NCBI GenBank assembly: GCA_964507055.1
Contig: CAZDOJ010000001.1
Coordinates: 657,313 to 721,312 of the forward strand
Source: an uncultured Gammaproteobacteria bacterium
Lineage (GTDB): Bacteria; Patescibacteriota; Microgenomatia; Levybacterales; UBA12049
Length of the DNA: 64,000 bases
Direction: 5' to 3'
This document shows, piece by piece, positions 57,824-64,000 of the stretch. Numbering within the stretch: position 1 is the stretch's first letter; the number at the start of each line of letters is the position of its first letter. The translations under genes were made by a program, and so were the position numbers. The notes under the pieces were generated by a model. The model saw nothing but the letters and a program-made list of their open reading frames with translations. It searched no databases and was not told the DNA's origin.

Positions 57824-58918
57824 CTATTTATTTTCATTTTTATATTCAATAAGTGCATGTATCAGTCCTGCACAAAGGAATAAGAATGCCCATGCAGCTG
57901 TAAGCTCTGCCAAATGTTCGTAATATATATAATAAAGGGTACTACTTAACACAAGGAAAAGACCTGAAACAATAAAAGAAATCTTACTTTTGAATTCCCC
58001 TGCGAGGATATATATCCATATTCCAATAAGTACAATATAGACAGCAGCATAAGTAATTTGAAAAATAAAAATATCGCTAAGAATCATTACCAGTAATAAA
58101 GATAAAAGAAATACTTTTATATATGTCAGATCAAATAAGATTTTTGATTTAGAATAAATTTGTTTTGGTATACGACTATAGATGAACGTATTAAATCGTC
58201 CAGAGACTTTCTCTCCTTGTGGTGTAATCAGCAGAAAGTGAATAATAAGAGGTAATAGGAAAATAAAGGAAACATATAAAACTTCTGCTGTTTTTAGTGC
58301 ATTAAACTTTTTTAAAGTAAAGTAAACAAACTCTTTTTTATCAGATAAAAGAAAAGCTTTTGAAGTTTCATATTTACTGATTATGACGGGTTCACGTCTT
58401 GATACAGCAACAGCGTTTCTCTGATTTCCTTCAAGAGATTGTATTTCAAAAACATATTGTTTTCCCTGAGAATCAAGAATTTTAGGAAAACCAAATGGAA
58501 AAACAGGAACATCATAGATAAGACCTGCTCTATAATTATTCTGATAGTACCAGTCTTTAGCACCTTTCTCTTTAATACGAAAAACTACCTTATCTTCGTC
58601 TTTATATGGCACCCTACTAAAAATGGTAAATCTTACCGCTACAATGCCCAAATTATTTTCTGCGGCAGTAAACTCACCCTCTACCTTGTCTCCCGTTAGA
58701 AGTTTTTCATGCTGTACTTTAGTGAAAGTATCCTGACTATGATTATATGAAAGGATAAGAAAACTTTTATCATATGATGTTATATAAAGTAATGTGAATA
58801 CTCCCCAAAGAGCAAAAAGTATCAATGGAACAAGCCCATATATTAATGATTTATTTAGTACACTTTTTCTTTCAGTTTTTTTCATATCGTTTTTTGAACT
58901 TGATAACGCTATATCCAA
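57824..58918 (-). CDS. Membrane protein, unknown (N-terminal TM, extracytoplasmic domain, 4 C-terminal TM helices)
   Basis: Hydropathy pattern only. Confidence 0.3.
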   Translation of the reverse strand: MDIALSSSKNDMKKTERKSVLNKSLIYGLVPLILFALWGVFTLLYITSYDKSFLILSYNHSQDTFTKVQHEKLLTGDKVEGEFTAAENNLGIVAVRFTIFSRVPYKDEDKVVFRIKEKGAKDWYYQNNYRAGLIYDVPVFPFGFPKILDSQGKQYVFEIQSLEGNQRNAVAVSRREPVIISKYETSKAFLLSDKKEFVYFTLKKFNALKTAEVLYVSFIFLLPLIIHFLLITPQGEKVSGRFNTFIYSRIPKQIYSKSKILFDLTYIKVFLLSLLLVMILSDIFIFQITYAAVYIVLIGIWIYILAGEFKSKISFIVSGLFLVLSSTLYYIYYEHLAELTAAWAFLFLCAGLIHALIEYKNENK

Positions 58919-61016
58919 TAAAACTTAATACTACTATAAATGTTGCTAGACTAATAATACCTCCAATATATGTATATGATTGTGGCTTGAAGTATAAAGT
59001 AATATTCATAGTATAACTACCATCTTTATTAATGACGCAATCGAATTTCTGACAGATCTCTCGCGGATCAATTTTATATGAATTAAGATATGCTTCATTC
59101 TTTAAATGAATATCGTCAGGAAGAAAGTAATTTAAATTTGTAAGAACTGCAAACCAATTAAAGTCACCCACTCGTACTTTCCATTGTGGATGATATGATT
59201 CTGAGAAATTTAAATAAAATGGTTCCTTTACATTATTTAATGTAATCGTATATTCAGTCGCATCATTAAATTGATAAGGAACTTCTTTTAAAAGAACTTT
59301 AGACTTTAGTTGCAGATTTTGCTTAGTCGTAAATATGTATGGAAGAAAATTTTTGTTCTCATAAACTGCGACCTGATCGGTACCTACATCAATTCTTTGG
59401 AGATATGAAATTCGATTAAGTTCTTTCAGATAATAGTCTCTATTTTTGCCATAGAATCTAAAGAAATCATCATCATTGGCGGTATCACGGAGAGGGATAA
59501 TAACATATTTAATTGAAGAATTGTCGAGTAAATTATCCGCAATCGGTTTTTGCAAATTCTTTATGACTAACTCTGCCTCTGTATATTTGTCTAATTTTCT
59601 CTCTGCCTCCGTAATCTCCTGCCATGAACCATTTATTTGATCGACAGCCGATACTTGTGGATGATTATTTGTATATGTTGCCCAACGAGAATAAGTCGGA
59701 ACCCAAAGTGTCCGAGAGAATGTATCTTGGTTGTTAATAAAGCTACTTAATACCTCGTAATCATGTGGAATATGCCGAGCAACAAAAAGAGTTTGTATTT
59801 CAGAAGTAATTAACGGCTTTGTGTTCCATAGAGTAAGAATAGCTATTAAAATTGTTGCAGCATACTTACCATATATTTTCCATTTCCCTTTACTCCAATT
59901 TTTCCATATCCAATCAATAAAAGCAGCAATAAGCACTGAATATCCGAGAACAATAAGAAAGAAAAATTTACTTGCTTCTCTATATGCATTAAATCCAGGA
60001 AAATTATCATACAACCATGGGTAAAAACCCGAAAATGGCTGTCCAACTTGTTTTGTTAATAAAATTCCAAGCAAGGCAATTATGCCAAAAAAGAGTACAT
60101 ACGGATTCCTTCTTTGTAAGAATAAACCTAAAATTGCAGCTAGGGGTATTAATAAAAAGTGAATAGGTATGGTTTGTTGAATAAAATCTGTCGTATGTCC
60201 ACCGGTCCAGAATGGATGGAATAAAGTAAATGCATAATTAATATTAAGAAATTCATTACCAAAAAGTGATCGACTAAAGATAGTATTTGTTGCCAAAGTG
60301 CCCATGTTGACAAAACCTAATAGCCAATAGAGATTTAGTAACCCTACTATTATTAATGGCAATGAAGCATACAATGCAGTCATTATAAAAGTTTTTTTAT
60401 TTGTTGTTCGTTGCAAAATGAACTGATAATAAAGATAATAAAACCCAAGTACGAAAACGATAATATAAAACGCTCTGAATTCATAGAAACTAATAAAAAA
60501 GAGTATAAGCCCGGAGACAACTGCATAAAACATTTTTTTTGACTCAAGCACTTTTTGAAAAAAGAGAAATCCTAAAGGTGCCAAGGCAAATGCGGTCATT
60601 AAGGTCAAATGCCCTGTTTGGATACTAAGAAAGTAAGTATTATATGCATAGATGAGTGAACCTATAAATGCTGCAATGACACTATTGATATTCTTTTTAA
60701 TTAAAAAATAACTGGAAAATACACTAAAAAAAACGAGTGGCCACATAAATACTATTCGTTCAATGAGACCGTAGCTAAAATTAGCATTTGCTAATAGTCC
60801 ATACAATAATTGAAATGGATAAAACGACGCAGTTACATTAACAGCACCCATTGATGTATTGGTCCATAGCTGAGGAAATGCTAAAAATTCTTTTAGAGTT
60901 ATTGCAGACTGATAGCCCCAATCTCCGGATGTAAGTATTGAGAGGTTACTAAACCAACTCCAATGTGTAATTATTGCTATACACAATAGTAGTATGTATA
61001 TTCCTATTGTCATCAT
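58872..61016 (-). CDS. Large polytopic membrane protein with C-terminal extracytoplasmic domain and terminal TM anchor (YfhO/GT-C-like)
   Basis: 714 aa with about 13 N-terminal TM helices, a soluble domain of about 300 aa, and a final helix IGGIISLATFIVVLSFIGYSVIKF. Confidence 0.4.
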   Translation of the reverse strand: MMTIGIYILLLCIAIITHWSWFSNLSILTSGDWGYQSAITLKEFLAFPQLWTNTSMGAVNVTASFYPFQLLYGLLANANFSYGLIERIVFMWPLVFFSVFSSYFLIKKNINSVIAAFIGSLIYAYNTYFLSIQTGHLTLMTAFALAPLGFLFFQKVLESKKMFYAVVSGLILFFISFYEFRAFYIIVFVLGFYYLYYQFILQRTTNKKTFIMTALYASLPLIIVGLLNLYWLLGFVNMGTLATNTIFSRSLFGNEFLNINYAFTLFHPFWTGGHTTDFIQQTIPIHFLLIPLAAILGLFLQRRNPYVLFFGIIALLGILLTKQVGQPFSGFYPWLYDNFPGFNAYREASKFFFLIVLGYSVLIAAFIDWIWKNWSKGKWKIYGKYAATILIAILTLWNTKPLITSEIQTLFVARHIPHDYEVLSSFINNQDTFSRTLWVPTYSRWATYTNNHPQVSAVDQINGSWQEITEAERKLDKYTEAELVIKNLQKPIADNLLDNSSIKYVIIPLRDTANDDDFFRFYGKNRDYYLKELNRISYLQRIDVGTDQVAVYENKNFLPYIFTTKQNLQLKSKVLLKEVPYQFNDATEYTITLNNVKEPFYLNFSESYHPQWKVRVGDFNWFAVLTNLNYFLPDDIHLKNEAYLNSYKIDPREICQKFDCVINKDGSYTMNITLYFKPQSYTYIGGIISLATFIVVLSFIGYSVIKFKKRYEKN

Positions 61017-61540
61017 CTTTTTTTTATAACTTTAGCTGGGACACCAGCGGCAATTGCGTTCGCAGAGATGTTTTTGGTAACAACAGCTCCAGCACCTATT
61101 ATTGAATAATCACCAATTGTAACTCCAGGAAGAATAATTGCCCTTGTTCCAATCCATACATTCTTTCCAATTGTAATATTTTGATGTGGAAGTTTATATC
61201 CCTGCTCTTGAATAGGTTTATTTTTATCTTTAAACTCATGCATGTTATTCACAAATGTAACATCATGCCCTATTAAAGCACCTTGTTGGAGAATAATTTT
61301 ACCGCCAATCGCGTAGCCCAATATGACATTACTCATTATTGAGACATCATCATGTATCTCAAGCAACTGAAAAGAACCAATATTCACTTTATTACTTATA
61401 GTTATATTTTTTCCAAACTTATTACCAAGCTTTACCTTAAAATAAATTTTACGCAAATAATTTCCTGGTGCAAAGGGAATTGATGCAATTACCATTGTAT
61501 AAAATATATAATTTAGAAAAGAGAAAAACTTATTTATCAT
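61013..61540 (-). CDS. Hexapeptide-repeat (LbH) acetyltransferase
   Basis: GVTIGDYSIIGAGAVVTKNISANAIAAGVPAKVIKKR is the third paralog. Confidence 0.8.
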   Translation of the reverse strand: MINKFFSFLNYIFYTMVIASIPFAPGNYLRKIYFKVKLGNKFGKNITISNKVNIGSFQLLEIHDDVSIMSNVILGYAIGGKIILQQGALIGHDVTFVNNMHEFKDKNKPIQEQGYKLPHQNITIGKNVWIGTRAIILPGVTIGDYSIIGAGAVVTKNISANAIAAGVPAKVIKKR

Positions 61541-61543
61541 AAT

Positions 61544-62743
61544 TTATTTGATTAGATTTTTATAAATATCAACATACTTGGGAATTATGGCAGTATCCCA
61601 ATCATAATACTTTTCTGCATCATTGCGTGCTCGAATGCTTATTTCTTTGAGAATTTTTGGGTTATCCAAAAGAGAGATTATTTTTTTTGCAAGAGTTTTA
61701 TAATCTTCTTGTTCTACCAAATAACCATTTATGCCATCCCTTATCGCATTTTCAAAGCCACCCACTTTTGAGCTGATAATTGTCAATCCTGAAGCCATTG
61801 CTTCCAAACAAATAGTCGCAAAACCTTCTGCTCTACTCATATTTAAAAATATATCAGCAGAATTATAGTATTTTCCCATTTCATAATGTGGGACATACCC
61901 TTCAAATTTTACTACATCTGCAATACCGAGTTTCTTCGCAAGTTGTTCTAAACTTTTACGCTGAGGTCCATCACCAACAATTCTTAACGTAAAATTATTC
62001 TTTTTTTTAACAACTTCGGCAATTCCTTTGAATAAAGCATCAAATCCTTTTCTCCGCATCAATGCTCCAACAGCCAGTATTTCAACTTTTTGATTATTTA
62101 TCTTATTTGTATGACTTATATATTTTTTGCAATCTATACCTGGAGGAATTATAACAATTTTATTTTGAGCTATTCCCCTCTCTATGAGTATTGCTTTAGT
62201 TTTTTCATTGATAACAATTATTGTATTTGCTTTTTTGAGAGTCGAAGTAGAGAGAAATTTGAGTAGAGGATGTGCAAAAGATGTAATAACTTTTTCCAAA
62301 AAAATTATATGTATACCTTTTTTGTCAGAGGATACATCATGCATATTATCAGTAAATATTGGTAATTGATTTTGTATAGGGCCAATTACTTTGGGTACAT
62401 TACTAAAAAGAAAAGAAAAATTAAATGTTCTATCGATTCCAAAAGGCAAGACATGATGAAGAACATCAAACTTTTCTTTATTCAGTAACTTTAATGCAAA
62501 TTTCGAATAAAGGAGGTTAAATCTCAAGCTATTAGTAAGACTCAAATCAACTTCTCTTTTGTTAGGTTGTACTGCTATAACATTAAACGGAACTTTGTTC
62601 TTAAGATTCTTAAAGCCTGTAACTACCACTGAGTTAGGATTTTTATTTGCGATTCTTTGTGCAATTTGATAGGCCCAAGAGAGCTCTGAACCTCTATCAC
62701 CATCGTCAAACACATAATGACACGGACAAAATAATATTTTCAT
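61544..62743 (-). CDS. GT4 glycosyltransferase
   Basis: C-domain RAEGFATICLEAMASGLTIIS.... Confidence 0.8.
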   Translation of the reverse strand: MKILFCPCHYVFDDGDRGSELSWAYQIAQRIANKNPNSVVVTGFKNLKNKVPFNVIAVQPNKREVDLSLTNSLRFNLLYSKFALKLLNKEKFDVLHHVLPFGIDRTFNFSFLFSNVPKVIGPIQNQLPIFTDNMHDVSSDKKGIHIIFLEKVITSFAHPLLKFLSTSTLKKANTIIVINEKTKAILIERGIAQNKIVIIPPGIDCKKYISHTNKINNQKVEILAVGALMRRKGFDALFKGIAEVVKKKNNFTLRIVGDGPQRKSLEQLAKKLGIADVVKFEGYVPHYEMGKYYNSADIFLNMSRAEGFATICLEAMASGLTIISSKVGGFENAIRDGINGYLVEQEDYKTLAKKIISLLDNPKILKEISIRARNDAEKYYDWDTAIIPKYVDIYKNLIK

Positions 62744-62752
62744 AATTTATTT

Positions 62753-63811
62753 TCACTTGGAAACGTCTTTAATTATTGCATGTAATTGGGTTCTAAATTC
62801 TTTATATTTTTGGCTATTAAGCGTTTTAAACATATTAAATGTCATCTTTCTTCCTTGAATGATTAAAAAGGATGGTGTAATTTTTGCTACCATAAAACCT
62901 ATTTTAAACTTTCTGGAATTTTTGACGGATGGAAATAACTCAGAAAACTTCCTATAATTTTCTTCCATTTGTACAGTTCCAAGATGCTTTTTTTCCTTAA
63001 ACATCATAACAATTTGCAAATTCATAAGCTCCTCTGCTACAAAGTCCTCACTTAGATTTAGCTTATACTTTCTTTTTAATCGATTAAATATTGCAGAGAA
63101 TTCAACGGTCGTATGTTCTCCAGCTTGTCGAATCTTTTTATCTTTCAGTGCACGAAATATTATTTGATCATCATGTGAACGAAAACCAATATTATTCTGT
63201 GCCAAACCATACGCATCATAATTATTAACGACATGGCCAATGAATTCTACTTGTGGATAAAGCGTCTTTGCTGCGGGAAAATATTTTAAAATGTTCTTAT
63301 TATTGCGTAAAGCCAATCCTCCTATAAAAAGAGATTTCATCCAAATTTTCTTCATCGCATCTTCTCCTTTATTGAAGTACGTATCCTTTGGTACATAATT
63401 GATTATATATTCGATATTCATGTCTTCTGAGAATTGAACTAAATTACTGCAAACAAATGCAACCTTAGGATTTGCTTTAAAAATCTTTACATAGTTAGAA
63501 AGAACTTCGGGATTAAGAAGTACATCATCATCACCTAGCGTCACGATATAATCGCCTGTCGATCTTACCATTGAAGCTTCATAGTTCTTGGCAAATCGCA
63601 AACTTGTTTTGTTATGAAAGTATTTTATATTTTTATTTTTATAACCTACCACTAATTGTTTAATTGAATCGTTAGGTGTATCGTCTGAAATAATTAACTC
63701 TTTATTCTTATAATCTTGACGCAGAAAGGAATTAATTAATTGGCGGAGAGTATCAGGTCTATTATATGTGGGGACACAAACACTTATCTTATGCATACTA
63801 GTTAATGGCAA
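62753..63811 (-). CDS. GT2 glycosyltransferase
   Basis: ISVCVPTYNRPDTLRQLINSFLRQDY...LIISDDTPNDS. Confidence 0.8.
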   Translation of the reverse strand: MPLTSMHKISVCVPTYNRPDTLRQLINSFLRQDYKNKELIISDDTPNDSIKQLVVGYKNKNIKYFHNKTSLRFAKNYEASMVRSTGDYIVTLGDDDVLLNPEVLSNYVKIFKANPKVAFVCSNLVQFSEDMNIEYIINYVPKDTYFNKGEDAMKKIWMKSLFIGGLALRNNKNILKYFPAAKTLYPQVEFIGHVVNNYDAYGLAQNNIGFRSHDDQIIFRALKDKKIRQAGEHTTVEFSAIFNRLKRKYKLNLSEDFVAEELMNLQIVMMFKEKKHLGTVQMEENYRKFSELFPSVKNSRKFKIGFMVAKITPSFLIIQGRKMTFNMFKTLNSQKYKEFRTQLHAIIKDVSK

Positions 63812-64000
63812 GGAATCGTATCAGTGCGTCATCCCATTGTGGCAATTCTATACCAAGCTTCTTTGCTTTTCTATTTTCGAGCGGGGTAAAAAGTGGAGGT
63901 TTTGAGGCCCTTTTATAATCCGCAAGTGCTACTGGAGTTATTTCAACATTCTTGAGATTTTTTATATCAAATGCTTTTTTTGCAAATTCCAAGCGAGAAC
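63798..64000 (-). CDS. rfbD: C-terminal end of dTDP-4-dehydrorhamnose reductase (RmlD-like); N-terminus beyond window end
   Basis: ...ITPVALADYKRASKPPLFTPLENRKAKKLGIELPQWDDALIRFL resembles RmlD C-termini (...YPTPARRPHNSRL...LPQWELGVKRML). The reading frame stays open to the window edge. Confidence 0.45.
   Translation of the reverse strand, partial: SRLEFAKKAFDIKNLKNVEITPVALADYKRASKPPLFTPLENRKAKKLGIELPQWDDALIRFLAIN

Noticed and set aside
1-64000. CRISPR arrays, tRNA/rRNA genes, transposase/integrase genes, diversity-generating retroelement (RT + TR/VR)
   Set aside because: Scanning the intergenic gaps by eye gave no result. The largest gaps are 3493-3637, 8036-8152, 19396-19538 and 37328-37500, and they show no cloverleaf-compatible T-loop (GTTCGA-like) sequences. 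There are no regularly spaced repeats, no RT or transposase motifs, and no long near-identical direct repeats. tRNAscan, Infernal or minced would be needed to be definitive.

Overview
Low-GC, compact bacterial chromosomal segment in which genes abut or overlap by 4 nt (ATGA/TGATG-style junctions), most of them on the minus strand. The gene content suggests a small-genome Gram-positive-type or Candidate-Phyla-Radiation-like organism. It has a eukaryote-like type-2 IleRS, an alpha2-type GlyRS, dockerin-bearing surface proteins and a minimal FtsQ; this taxonomic call is inference only. Three blocks are visible. (i) 1-7415 and 44126-64000 are two cell-envelope glycan / protein-glycosylation gene sets. 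They contain a Wzx-like flippase, GT2 and GT4 glycosyltransferases, three paralogous hexapeptide acetyltransferases, an acyltransferase-3, a PglC-like priming transferase, ManC, the C-terminus of RmlD, and several GT-C-like polytopic membrane proteins. One of these is a 1012-aa fusion of an O-antigen-ligase/PglL-like Wzy_C domain with a GT-C domain. (ii) 7457-17209 holds housekeeping genes (lepB, parB, rpmA, rplU, a SEDS gene, ileS) plus a lone type IV pilin, an EEP-family hydrolase and secreted or membrane hypotheticals. (iii) 18205-37327 is a long minus-strand division/cell-wall (dcw) cluster: mraZ-rsmH-ftsL-ftsI ... murE-pgeF-murC-murB-murA ... mraY-ftsW ... murG-ftsQ-like-ftsA-ftsZ. It is interrupted by non-canonical inserts, namely a GlmU-like uridyltransferase plus a GNAT, an alpha/beta hydrolase, and a plus-strand islet with DUF192, CsaA-like and HD-domain genes. 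Downstream lie purF, glyQS and recO. No rRNA, tRNA, CRISPR, transposase or integrase was detected by eye. The most unusual items are: a tandem pair of secreted proteins sharing a cohesin-like module, one with a canonical type-I dockerin and one membrane-anchored; the Wzy_C-GT-C fusion within a putative GDP-mannose to polyprenyl-P-mannose to protein-O-mannosylation pathway; N-truncated MurE and C-truncated MurB; a GNAT next to a GlmU lacking its acetyltransferase domain; a GC-rich nested inverted repeat between ileS and the SEDS gene; and Mollicutes-type AAAGTAGG direct repeats in front of mraZ.
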